A stretch of 64,000 nucleotides of DNA from Octopus vulgaris (taxonomy: Eukaryota): assembly GCA_951406725.2 (NCBI GenBank), contig OX597824.1, positions 8,804,001 through 8,868,000 of the forward strand, given 5' to 3'. Below, in pieces: positions 1 to 11,796 of the stretch (within the stretch, counting starts at the first letter, position 1; the number at the start of each line of letters is the position of its first letter). Both the position numbers and the translations under genes were made by a program. The notes beneath the pieces are model-generated. The model made no database searches. It was not told the origin of the DNA and was given only the letters and a program-made list of their open reading frames with translations.

Positions 1-511
1 AACACATCAACTCAACCAGTTTAACCGAAAGAAGCCATTATTTAACGTTTTCGAAAGTCAAGGTCTAGAAGTACCAGTGCTATACTGAGGTCTGTTTGAT
101 CAATTACGTATATTTTCTAGACGTGATTAATGATATCTGGCTTTGCTCCAAAGTTAGATATCACCATTTATCTCATTTAATTTCTATGTTGAACATATAT
201 ATCTTGCAAAGAACACCTCACTGCATAATCTATTTCTGTTGAATTAATTCACAATAAATAGAACTTAATTAATGTTCTGTTAAATCGACCAGTTAAAATT
301 TATGTGTCTGAACTAAGAACGAGTTAGAAAATTTGAACTTAGAATCTTCGCCCCTCTTTTTTATTCATGGTGTTTAACTCACGCAGTCATTTCTTTGACT
401 TATATGTTTATAAATTAGTAATATAAATCCACTTAAGACAATAACGAACAGTATACTCATCACTCAGATTTAGTAAGGTCTAGTATGAAGCAGTATGCCC
501 TCGTATATTGT

Positions 512-987
512 TATTTCTTTACTACCCACAAGGGGCTAAACATAGAGGGGACAAACAAGGACAGACAAAGGGATTAAGTCGATTACATCGACCCCAGTGT
601 GTAACTGGTACTTAATATAACGGCAGACGAAGTACCTATTTCTTTACTACCCACAAAAGGATAAACATAGAGGGGACAAGCAAGGACAGACAAAGGGATT
701 AAGTCGATTACATCGACCCCAGTGCGTAACTGGTACTTAATATAACGGCAGACGAAGTAACTATTTCTTTACTACCCACAAGGGGATAAACATAGAGGGG
801 ACAAACAAGGACAGACAAACGGATTAAGTCGATTACATCGACCCCAGTGTGTAACTGGTACTTAATTTATCGACCCCCCCCCGAAAGCAAAGTCGACCTC
901 AGCAGAATTTGAACTCAGAACGTAACCGCAGACGAAATACCGCTAAGCATTTCGCCCGGCGTGCTAACGATTCTGCCAGCTCGCAGT
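512..987 (-). mobile_element. SINE family A (tail A1), head-to-tail trimer; two downstream units share an internal deletion
   Basis: Minus strand has a tRNA-like head (A box TGGCAGAATCG, B box GAGTTCAAATTC), a body ending GGGGTCGATAAATTAAGTACCAG and the tail GTGGGTAGTAAAGAAATA. Junctions at 636/637 and 761/762. Many copies elsewhere in the window. Confidence 0.9.
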
Positions 988-1169
988 CTTATGCATTCGT
1001 ATATTGTTTTAGACTCGAATGTATTCACGGACTTCACAGCAGCACCCTCTACCACCACTCTCGGTCCCTTCATCCTTGGCCCAGCGGCACATCGAGGATG
1101 TAGCAATTGGAAAGAGATAGCTACACCAGCACCAGTCTTGTACTTGCTTACTCCTGAATACAATGGCCT

Positions 1170-1252
1170 CACGTGAAATGAAATGCCTTTCTTAAGGACA
1201 CAGCGCGCCGTCTTATCCTGAAATTGAACCCGCGACCTTTGAATCGTGAGCC
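1170..1252 (-). mobile_element. degenerate tRNA-headed SINE fragment
   Basis: Reverse complement gives a B-box-like GGGTTCAATTTC followed by GTGTCCTTAAGAAAGGCATTT, resembling a decayed CORE-type start. Confidence 0.4.
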
Positions 1253-1652
1253 TTCTTAAAATTTGCCAAATGTGAACGCGATATTACTATCTATTAAGGT
1301 TCGGGTGGATAGAAGAGTTAGGGTATCGGAAAAAATACTTTGTGTTATATAATTTCAGCCTTGCCTTTAAGTTCTAAGTTCGAATTCTGCTGAAATCATC
1401 TTTTGCAGGTATTTTCTGCGTTACGGAAGCGTTGTGTTCATGAAAACAATGCCATAACATGAGCCTTCGTAACGCGAAATATTTACCATTGATTCCCTTG
1501 TTTATTGACAAGTCAATGGAAAGTAGACTCCGTGTTTCAACAGAAATTCAACACATTCTTCCGTAATGCGGGGATACCTACAATACACACACATATATAT
1601 ACATTTTTTGATTTCAGTGTAATGTAATATCTGTTATTATGGTTGATAAGAA

Positions 1653-1656
<4 letters not shown>

Positions 1657-1750
<94 letters not shown>
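1657..1750. repeat. compound (GA)n/(GT)n microsatellite
   Basis: Direct reading. Confidence 0.95.
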
Positions 1751-1923
1751 AGACAGGAAGCGTTGAAGAATTTTATTTTTGTCAACCATGGGAAAATCTA
1801 ACAGATTTTACTCTGCATCGAAACCTCAAGTAAATGTGATGGACATAATATCAAATATTTGTAATATATCCTATGCACTCAATAATAGTCATATTTAAGT
1901 CTATATAAATATACATATACATA

Positions 1924-2219
1924 TCACGTGATCACGTGACCGACCAGACCATCAGCTGTTGCTACACATCGCTGGTCACAATGCGTTCGCATTGTTTTAG
2001 CCTTCGAATGACACCACCCCGCTGGCTAATCGAGCAGACCAACAGAAAAGAAAGAGTGGTGAAAGAGTACAACAGGGATCACCACCCCCTGCCGGAGCCT
2101 CGTGGGGCTTTTAGGTGTTTTCGCTCAATAAACACACACAACGCCCGGTCTAGTAATCGAAACCGCGATCCTACGACCGCGAGTCCGCTGCCCTAACCAC
2201 TAGGCCATTGCGCCTCCAC
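1924..2219 (-). mobile_element. SINE family C, full length, tail type 1
   Basis: Minus-strand head GGAGGCGCAATGGCCTAGTGGTTAGGGCAGCGGACTCGCGGTCGTAGGATCGCGGTTTCGATT is tRNA-like with A and B boxes. Body is shared with 35205-35593 and 50257-50533. Ends in a TCACGTGA repeat. Confidence 0.9.
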
Positions 2220-2221
2220 GC

Positions 2222-2380
<159 letters not shown>

Positions 2381-2670
2381 CAACTACCTCGAACCCACAA
2401 GAGTAAACAAGACAGACAGAGACAGGCAGAAATAAAGAAAATGTCACTTGTATTTGAACACTATACAAATATTCTTTTAAAAAAACAACTTTTCTTTAAA
2501 TTTTTCCAAAATTTAATTTCTTTTCCATACTTACAGTTGAAAAAGTCTCAATGACTGAAACCAGTACTAAAACGTTTTTTATAAAACTAATTTCCCATTT
2601 TCTATCTTGACTTTTTACACCCCACCCCACACACACGCACACACACACACAGACAGACACACACACACAT

Positions 2671-2890
2671 ATACAATCATAAATAAGGGCAAAAAGAAAA
2701 AGTTTCTTGGCCAATATGCCGAAAAATAGACACTAAATCATCTAACCGCATAAAATATTTTCACTTACATTATTACACCAAGTGGTGTAATAATATCTGA
2801 AAATATTTTATGTGGTTAGAAGATTTAGTGTGTTTTTTCCGGCATATTGGCAAAGAATATTTGTTATTTTTGTCTTTTTTATATTTGTAT
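2671..2890. repeat. long imperfect palindrome (fold-back), probable palindromic MITE relic
   Basis: Core arms 2704-2780 and 2783-2857 are reverse complements (ATTATTACACCA-AG-TGGTGTAATAAT at the centre, TTCTTGGCCAATATGCC/GGCATATTGGCAAAGAA at the edges). Weaker pairing extends to about 2671/2890. Confidence 0.85.
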
Positions 2891-3001
2891 TTATAATTTA
2901 CACCTTAAAAGGTATTTTTCATATGCTGGCCACTGATAAAATTTTTTAAATAAAATTTGATCATTATATTAGAAGTATGTATATAAAACTCCTTTCATAA
3001 T

Positions 3002-3041
3002 TTGTGAGTGGATTTAGTAGACGGAAACTGAAATAAGCCCG

Positions 3042-3078
<37 letters not shown>

Positions 3079-3336
3079 AGTCAGTAAATGGTGGGGTTGT
3101 GTCAACCGCACGTGGAGAAAAGATAGGAGAGGAAAAATTATTATGAGGCAGAATGCTAAATTGAAAGTAAATTTTAATAAAAATTGGTGTATGAAAATAA
3201 AAAAAAAAAAAAAAATCATAATAAATCATTAAAAAAGCCGGTTTGATTTATCATCTTTTCTTTTTTAATTTTCCATACACCCATTTTTATTAAAATTTAC
3301 TTTCAATTTAGTATTCTGCCTTGTAATTTTTCCTCT

Positions 3337-3379
<43 letters not shown>

Positions 3380-3461
3380 ATATATATATGTATATATGTG
3401 TGTGTGTGTGCGTGTATGTGTGTGTATGTGAGTGTATGTGTGTGTATGTGTGCATATGTGT

Positions 3462-3498
<37 letters not shown>

Positions 3499-3657
3499 TC
3501 CCCCCAACATCGCTTGAAAACCGATGCTAGTGTGTTTACGTCCCCGTAATTTAGCGGGCTCGGCAAAAGAAGGGACCTATAGGATAAGTTCGACTAAAGG
3601 CGGTGCTCCAGGATGGCCGCAGTCAAATGACTGAAGCAAGTAAAAGAATAAAAGAAT
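3002..3657 (+). mobile_element. SINE family B, 5'-truncated, with an insertion in its internal TA tract
   Basis: Starts TTGTGAGTGGATTTAGTAGACGGAAACTG, resumes at GTGTTTGTCCCCCAACATCGC and ends CAGTCAAATGACTGAAGCAAGTAAAAGA, matching full copies at 6456, 23712 and 34070. Confidence 0.85.
3126..3338. mobile_element. fold-back MITE-like element with about 100 bp inverted arms and TA flanks
   Basis: TA|GGAGAGGAAAAATTA...TAATTTTTCCTCTCC|TA. Arms pair through GCAGAATGCTAAATTGAAAGTAAATTTTAATAAAAA / TTTTTATTAAAATTTACTTTCAATTTAGTATTCTGC. A TA duplication is typical of Tc1/mariner-type MITEs. Confidence 0.75.
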
Positions 3658-3679
3658 TTAAGTTATCTCTTCCAAGATG

Positions 3680-4030
3680 CTTTTTCTCCAGGCTGTGCCA
3701 TAAATGTTTGACCTCCGTTAGTTTTGATAGTTCCTTAGTTTCCTGTTGTTTGTCTTAGTCAATAACACCAATGTTACTCTCGTCCTTGTATTAAAACATG
3801 AATCTCCTTAATATTACATTCAATATGGTCTCGTGTTCAGTATGACAGCAGTGAACAGCTAAACCTAAGGACTATTTCTCAGTGAGCAACAATAGTAAGG
3901 ATGGGTAGAATGTTCCCTCATGCCATGAGATGTCCTGAGCCCTCATGAGAATCTTTTTTTTTACATGCTGGCAAGATAATCTTAAAGTTCCTTCTTCAAC
4001 GCTCAGGTTCTTCGGTTCTGTAGAGAAGTA
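3680..4030 (-). pseudogene. highly decayed 3' end of an RTE-clade LINE (RT C-terminal region)
   Basis: Manual minus-strand translation across frameshifts gives LYRTE-T*ALKKEL..LMRAQDISW..LAVHCCHTEHETI..ELSKLTEVKHLW. This resembles the LYGSETW...ISW...FAGHC...DR..W pattern of RTE-type RT C-termini. Confidence 0.45.
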
Positions 4031-4814
4031 TGTTTTCTACACACGCTCTTAATTGCGGTATTGTATATTAATCAAGGTCACTTTGAAATCTCTGCCATGA
4101 ATTTTGAGTGCCGTAATGAATGAGATACAGGCATATTAATTACAGAAATAACCATTGCTCTATCGACCAGACTAACTTAGCATATCTTTATCAATGACTA
4201 CGTTTCGTTTATGTTATTGGACTGAAATGAATAAAATTCGTGCATTAGAATTTTTGAATTTAAATCATCGTAGTAAAATGAAGATCCTGCCTTCACTAAT
4301 CAAATACTAAAATATTAATTACTATAAATGTATTTCATGTCATGAATACAACAGAGGAAAACCACACATAAGCTTTCAGAAAAAACAAAACCATACTCAG
4401 AAACCGCGTTAATATATTCTCCAGTTTCGTCTTACGAAGTAATAGACGGTTGTAACACGAAATAATATTATAAATCTCCATTTGTTTGATGCTCATTACA
4501 TATGCTACCAGTTGATCCTTTTATAATCGTATTTTCTTTGTAGTAAATCGGAACGGAAAGATGAAACAGCACGCTCGTAAAACCATTCTCTTTATTCTCT
4601 CTCGAGCAATAATTCGCAGTTGTTTGTTTGTATGCAAAGTAACTACGCCCATACATCTTTCAGACGTTGTTTACAAATGAAATTTTAATTTCTTGATGGA
4701 GTTAATATGGATGTTGTTGATTTTGGAGCAGTGGTAATTTTATTCAAGAGGAACTAAATTGAAAATACACAGGAAGTTCTTAAAACATGCAGTTTTGGAG
4801 ATGAAGGCTTAGAC

Positions 4815-5108
<294 letters not shown>

Positions 5109-5293
5109 GTTCAGGCGAACTACATCAGATGGTCATGGGAACTAAGCAAGGAAAGAAGATGGTGTCAAACGATGTTTTGTAAAAGCTGCATCAGCAAAAA
5201 TTTAGAGGAGCGAGTTTTATGCTTTTCCTGCCTCAGTAAAACTCATTTTCATATATTATGAGCATTATTCTCTTTTGCCTTCAGACATTAATG

Positions 5294-5324
<31 letters not shown>

Positions 5325-5512
5325 CTTCTTCTTCTTCTTCTTCTTCTTCTTCTTCTTCTTCTTCTTCTTCTTCTTCTTCTTCTTCTTCTTCTTCTGTTGT
5401 TGTTGTTGTTCTTCTTCTTGTTCTTGTTCTTGTTCTTCTTCTTCTTCTTCTTCTTCTTCTTCTTCTTCTTCTTCTTGTTGTTGTTGTTCTTCTTCTTGTT
5501 CTTGTTCTTCTT

Positions 5513-5543
<31 letters not shown>

Positions 5544-5572
5544 TTATTATTATCATTATTATTATTATTATC
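5294..5572. repeat. compound (TTC)n/(TTG)n/(TTA)n microsatellite
   Basis: Direct reading. Confidence 0.95.
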
Positions 5573-6205
5573 ATCTCTTCCTCACCTGCTCTCCTTCTTT
5601 TTCTATCCCCCCACCACCTCTCTCACTATCTTAAACTTCCTGCATTGTATTTGTTTTTCATTTCTGCTACCTTCCATCTCTTCTTATCGGCCATCTCAAA
5701 CAACTTTCCAACAAATTCTACCTTTTATATTTTCTATCATCTTCTCGCGTCCACAATCAACCATTTTCCCCTGGTTTCATAGCTGAATAAATTTTCTAAT
5801 CTAAGTCAACATTACTTATTATTCCTCACTGACTTAGATCTGTTTACCGTTAAACTATAAATATTATCTTCATCGCATCCAGCCAGTGGTATTTTATTAG
5901 TAGAATCCAGTACCTTTCCTGTCTAATCAATAATTTATCTGTTCCTCACCAGTGACTTACCAAGAGACAAACAAATTATGTTCCGCAAACAGTTGACAGC
6001 GTGTTTCAAATATATTTTCTCCATTGACTGATGGTAATATTTCTCCGGTTCTCCTTCAACACATCTTATTAAATTAACTAACTTGCGCTGAGATTCATTA
6101 AGAAAATTAATTATTTTACATATGACTGTTTAACTATAGCATATCTTTGAATGATATGAAGAGCATACCCTTAAAAGGAAGGAAATATGTGAGAATCTTG
6201 GCAAA

Positions 6206-6543
6206 TCTTTTGTATGACTTAAGCATCATATTTCCTGAGAAAATAACAGGAAAATGTTTTCCCGCTGTCTTGCCCAGATAAATTCTTCTTTTATTCTTTT
6301 ACTTGTTTCAGTCATTTGACTGCGGCCATGCTGGAGCACCGCCTTTAATCGAGCAACTCGACCCCAGGACTTATTCTTTTGTATGACTTAAGCATCATAT
6401 TTCCTGAGAAAATAACAGGAAAATGTTTTCCCGCTGTCTTGCCCAGATAAATTCTTCTTTTATTCTTTTACTTGTTTCATTCATTTGACGGCGGCCATGC
6501 TGGAGCACCGCCTTTAATCGAGCAACTCGACCCCGGGACTTAT
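6206..6543. repeat. 169-bp tandem duplication covering a SINE B tail and its flank
   Basis: Units 6206-6374 and 6375-6543 are near-identical. TCTTTT(T)GTA recurs at 6206, 6375 and 6544. Confidence 0.9.
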
Positions 6544-6860
6544 TCTTTTGTAAGCCCAGTACTTATTCTATCGGTCTCTTTTGCCGAACCGCTAAGTGAC
6601 GGGGACGCAAACACACCAGCATCGGTTGTCAAGCAATGCTAGGGGGACAAACACAGACACACAAACATATATATATATATATATATACATATATACGACG
6701 GGCTTCTTTCAGTTTCCGTCTACCAAATCCACTCACAAGGCATTGGTCGGCCCGGGGCTATAGCAGAAGACACTTGCCCAAGATGCCACGCAGTGGGACT
6801 GAACCCGGAACCATGTGGCTGGTTAGCAAGCTACTTACCACACAGCCACTCCTGCGCCTA
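6456..6860 (-). mobile_element. SINE family B, full length (tRNA head, CORE-like segment, internal TA/TG tract)
   Basis: Minus strand reads GGCGCAGGAGTGGCTGTGTGGTAAG (A box), GGGTTCAGTCCC (B box), CTTGGGCAAGTGTCTT (CORE-like start) and ends TGAAACAAGTAAAAGA. Confidence 0.9.
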
Positions 6861-7866
6861 GATAAATATAAAATTTATTTAAAAGTGAAGCGGATTTATA
6901 CACGTAAGCTGAGCATATCTTTTTCCCCCAGGGACAAATAATTTACAGAAATCTCTGCAAAATTCAAAATTCGTCATTTTTCGTGTTGAATAAAGACAGT
7001 CTCTGTTTGTTTGGTTTGGTTTTGTTCTTTTGTCTTGTTTTTTCTTTTGTTTTTTGATCTTATTTCTTTCTCCATTTTTCACCGTCCATTTTTGCTTTCC
7101 ATCATTCTCTTCATATCCACTTCTCGCAGAAAGCTAACCAACGAAATACTTACTGCGAAAAATACTGCAGATAATTCTGGGAAGGAAATTGATGTTAACT
7201 TTTAGTATACGCTGTTAGACATAGAATTTGAATGAGTGAAATGCAGAAATGTTTAGAAGAGGCCAGGCTGTTTAACCCGGCACGTCATTTTCCAGAAGCC
7301 ATAGCAGTCGTAAGGAAAGCTGACTGAATGGCTTAAGAAAATAGAGAATCGACATAATAACATGAATATAACTGACGGCTTCCCGTTTCCTCCATATCTC
7401 CATAGAGTTGTGTATTCAAGATTGTGTAGCTTGTTACATGCGAGCATTATGCTGCGGATCTGCATTCAATAATGTACGCACACACAGCACATTCTTACAC
7501 ATATACACACATAGACAGATGCTGAGAGACATAGAGAGACATGAGAACGATAGACGCTTACATGCATATATTCATGTGCGTGTATACACTCAAAGACTCA
7601 CACACACGCGCGCGTACACATGAATACACGAATACATACATATGTACGTATGTATGTAGTTATGTATGTATCTATCTTTGTCCTGCCTCACTATGTAGAT
7701 GTGTGTCTGTCTCTCTCTGTATGTGTTATGTATGTATGTATGTATGTATGTATGTATGTATGTATGTATGTATATATATATAGAGAGAGTGTGTGGAGAG
7801 AGGGAGAGAGACAGACAGATAGACAGGTAGGTAGATAGCTGGCTGGCTGGATGGATGGATGGAAGG

Positions 7867-7911
7867 ATATGTTTCTTTATTAGCCACACAGGGCTGAAAA
7901 CAGGCGGGAAG
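7867..7911 (-). mobile_element. short 3' end of retroelement family E embedded in TCTA-type repeats
   Basis: Minus strand CAGCCCTGTGTGGCTAATAAAGAAACATA matches copies at 22877, about 61900 and about 62175. TCTA/TCCA repeats on both sides. Confidence 0.7.
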
Positions 7912-7931
7912 GATAGATAAATAGATAGATA

Positions 7932-8011
7932 AGGTGTCACGCAGTGGGACTGAACCAGGAACCATGTGGTTGGGGAGCAAGCTACTTACCACACAGCCAC
8001 TCCTGCGCCTA
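7932..8011 (-). mobile_element. SINE family B head fragment
   Basis: Matches 6780-6860. Confidence 0.85.
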
Positions 8012-8428
8012 TAAATATTTTTGCTAAAGAGCCCCGTATTACCAGAGGACTTTGTTAAGAAACATATGAAAAAAAAAACCAGTCCTTAGGTATTAATTCA
8101 GATATGAAATTCAAACAACGGTGTTTGACAGCCAGAGATGTAAATATAAATATATATTTTCTGCTACAGTAGAATATTCACAGGCAGGCTCAGGGAGTCA
8201 ATCCCGGAAGTATATCGGGCTGGAAGACAACGTGGACCCCCGCCGATGCTATCCATTTCGAAGAGAGGACGGAGATGCAGCATATGGAAGAATGATAGTT
8301 GTGTCTGAAGCATCAAAATCTCAGCCGCGAGATTATCCATTCACTTAGGGGAGAAATTTTGCCTAGTTAGATAATATAAATAATAATATAATAATATATA
8401 TAAATAATAATATATATAATATAATAAA

Positions 8429-8526
8429 AGGCGACGAACTTGGCAGCATCATCAGCTCCGGACAAAATATTTAACAACAATTTTGGTTCTTTACGTTTTA
8501 AGTTCAAATCTCGCCGAGGTCAATTT
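8429..8526 (+). mobile_element. old SINE A 5' half, cut by the following SINE B
   Basis: GGCGACGAACTTGGCAGCATC...AAGTTCAAATCTCGCCGAGGTCAA is a diverged SINE A head. Confidence 0.65.
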
Positions 8527-8532
8527 TTTTTA

Positions 8533-8914
8533 TAGGCGTAGGAGTGGCTGTGTGGTAAGTAGCTTGCTTACCAATCACGTCACTCCGGGTTCAGACCCAC
8601 TGCGTGGCACCCTGGCCAAGTGTCTTCTACTATAGCGTCGGGTTGACCAAAGCCTTGTGAGTGGATTTGGTTGACGGAAACCGAAAAAAGCCCGTCGTCT
8701 ATATGTATATATATATGAATGTGTGTGTATATGTTTGTGTGTCTGTGTTTGTCCCCCAAGCGTCGCTTGACAACCGATGCTGGTGTGTTTATGTGTCCGT
8801 AACCTAGCGGTTCGACGAAAGAGAACGATAGAATACGTACTAGACTTACAAAGAATAAATCCTGGGGTCGATTTGCTCGACTAAAGGTGGTGCTCCAGCA
8901 TGGCCACCGTCACA
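8533..8914 (+). mobile_element. SINE family B, near full length
   Basis: TAGGCGTAGGAGTGGCTGTGTGGTAAG...GGTGCTCCAGCATGGCC. Confidence 0.9.
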
Positions 8915-9332
8915 TTGCTGACTTGCTGTTGCACGATCGTATGATATATATATATATATATATATTTCAATGAAATATTTCTTAAAAAGACTTAGTTTAA
9001 AACATGGCTTTTGTGTCCAAGTGGAAAGCTCCACGTCGTCCCTTGAACTTCCATAAATCAATTCGCGCTGTTTTCAAAACACGAAAGATGCAGTGGCTAA
9101 TGTAGTTTTGGATACCCTATACTTGAAACGAAAAGAAAACAGAAAAGGAAAGAAAGGGCATGATGGCAAAGTCAAGACTGCAAGTTGGTTTGATCGAGAG
9201 TAGCCTGGGGCTAAGCAAAGAAACGATGACAGAAAAAGAACACCAATATTGAAAAGGAATGATTGAAATGCAACCATAATTTCAGTGAGTGAGAGATAGA
9301 GAGAGAGAGAGAGAGGGGGACAGAAAGAAAGA

Positions 9333-9364
<32 letters not shown>

Positions 9365-9509
9365 AGAGAAAGAGAAAGAGAGAGATGAAATGTTTCGTTT
9401 TCGATTGCAGAACTTTTACAGGAAGAAGATATTTAGAAGTTGACCATAATGTTGGACATACTCCTGTTTCACTAGTATATTATCTATCAGCCTGAAGTGC
9501 TTGCTTGAA

Positions 9510-9569
<60 letters not shown>

Positions 9570-9684
9570 TACATGTACGTACACGCATACATTTATACAC
9601 ACACAAAAACACGCACATATACATACATAGAAAGAGACAGACACACACACACACCACACATATATACTCTTTTTACCCTTTTAC

Positions 9685-9910
9685 TCTTTTACGTGTTTAA
9701 GTTATTTGACTGTGGCCATGCTGGAGCACCACCGTTAGTCGAGCAAATCGACCCTAGGACTTATTCTTTGTAAGCCTAGTACTTATTCTATCGGTCTCTT
9801 AAGCCGAACCGCTAAGTAGAAGACATTCGGCCAAGATGCCACGCAGTGGGAGTGAACCCGGAACCATGCGGTTCGTAAGCAATTTACTTACCACACAACC
9901 ACTCCTGCGC
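9685..9910 (-). mobile_element. SINE family B with a large internal deletion
   Basis: Tail and head both present, joined at CGCTAAGT|AGAAGAC (about 9817), with the central segment missing. Confidence 0.85.
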
Positions 9911-9942
9911 TATACATATATATATACATATACATACATACA

Positions 9943-10009
<67 letters not shown>

Positions 10010-10130
10010 ATCTATCTATCAATCTATCTATCTATATATATTTGTGAATGCGTATATTCACAAATGTACAAATACATGCATGTTTATATATGTAAATATA
10101 TATATTTATGTATAAGTATGTATGTACGCT

Positions 10131-10176
<46 letters not shown>

Positions 10177-10219
10177 CATATGATATATATGTATGTATGC
10201 AAGTATTTATCTATATGTG

Positions 10220-10276
<57 letters not shown>

Positions 10277-10330
10277 AAACACATATACATACAAACATGC
10301 ATACATACATATAAATATATAAATATAATT
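9911..10330. repeat. degenerate (TA)n/(TATG)n tract
   Basis: Direct reading. Confidence 0.9.
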
Positions 10331-10895
10331 CACACACACAAGCAAAGAAATAGACACACACACATACGCACACTTTTATAAATATTAGTTGACATAAGTG
10401 ATGGATGCGAAATCTATTGCGGTAATAGTTTGTCATAAATATTTAAGTGAGATAGATTGACGAATATCAAGCAAGTTTCTCAAAGTTATATACAAAAACC
10501 AACAATGGAGCTGAATGGAGACGAAACGAAATGTCCTGTTCTGAAATGTGGCCTAACGACTTATGTCCATCAATCAAAATTCGATAAAATAAACGCGATT
10601 TGCGACAAAAGAAACTGGAGACACTCGGTGCGTTTCACAGAAATAAATGTTTTAATTTTACAACGCACAGAGTTCGTATTTTGGACAGTTTGTTTTGCAG
10701 TCAGCTTAATTTAGTCTGGAAGACAACTCAGACACTTATCTGAAAATAAGTTGAGCACTCGTGAATTAATCACTACTCATTCGTATTTTCCCTTTCAACA
10801 TATCAGTGTGTGAAGGTATCTGTCACATATGGATCTCTGGATCTATATTTGAACTTTAAGGAGTGGGGGGGAGGGCTCTCTTTCTCCTCTGTGTA

Positions 10896-11438
10896 ATGTA
10901 TATGTATGCATGTGTATATGTATGTGTGCATGTATGTATGTGTGTATGTACGCACGTATGTACATATGTATATATGTATGCATGTATTATGTATGTATGT
11001 ATATATGCATGTATCTACGTATGCATGTATGAATGTATGTATGTATGTATGTGTGTGTGTATGTACGCATGCATGTATGTATATACATATGCATATATAT
11101 ATATGCTTGTATGTTTATATGAATTTATGTATGTATGTATGTATGTATGTACGTATGAACACATGTACGTATCTGTGCATGTACGCTTGTATGTATTCAT
11201 GCATGTATGTATGGATGTATGAATGCATGTGTGCATGTATTTATGTATGTATGTATGTATGTATGCTTGTATGTATGTATGCATGTATGCATCTACACAT
11301 GCATGAATGTATATATATATGTATATATGTATGGAAGAATGCATGTATGTGTGTATCTGTGTATGTACGCATGCATGTGTGTATTATATATGTATGCATG
11401 TATATATGTATGCATGTATGTATAAATGCATGTATATA
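10896..11438. repeat. degenerate (TATG)n tract
   Basis: Direct reading. Confidence 0.9.
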
Positions 11439-11716
11439 GTTGCGTCTCCTGAATTGCACTCTTAAGGAATTTGTTTATCTCTAAGCTTTAGAAAGAAGTT
11501 ATCTGGAACGCAGCGTCACGTGCCGGAGGATAGATTCAGAATCACGTGGTTGCCAGGCCAAGCTTTCAAATCCCTTCTAATCCACTTTGGCAGCAAATCA
11601 TGTCGACAACAGACCAATAAATTATTCGTCGAGCTTCCATGACTATTACAAGCCTCCACGGCTGTCAGCGCAGAACTCAAATTTGCCACATTCTATATCT
11701 CAACAATAATTGAAAA

Positions 11717-11796
11717 GCAGCAGCGGCAGCAGCAGTAGCAGCAGCAGTAGCAGCAGCAGTAGCAGCAGCAGTAGCAGCAGCAGTAGTAGCAGCAGT
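11717..11796. repeat. (CAG)n with periodic TAG, 12-bp higher-order unit
   Basis: (GCAGCAGCAGTA)n read directly. Confidence 0.9.

Noticed and set aside
512-987. Repeat-spacer appearance resembling a CRISPR array
   Set aside because: Units are contiguous 124-225 bp SINE copies with no unique spacers and no cas genes, in a eukaryotic context.
2140-2219. tRNA-like sequence on the minus strand (also 35515-35593)
   Set aside because: It continues directly into a repeated SINE body, has no proper acceptor stem or oligo-T terminator, and is a SINE head rather than a tRNA gene.
5990-6035. Minus-strand GAAACACGCTGTC resembling a hammerhead right half
   Set aside because: No CUGANGA upstream and helix III is not palindromic.
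8121-8348. GC-richer 75-aa ORF with an acceptor-like CTACAG, possible exon
   Set aside because: No recognisable domain. Other frames give TWTP, KRGR and FT*GE fragments more suggestive of a decayed RTE-type RT C-terminus, and neither reading is strong enough to call.
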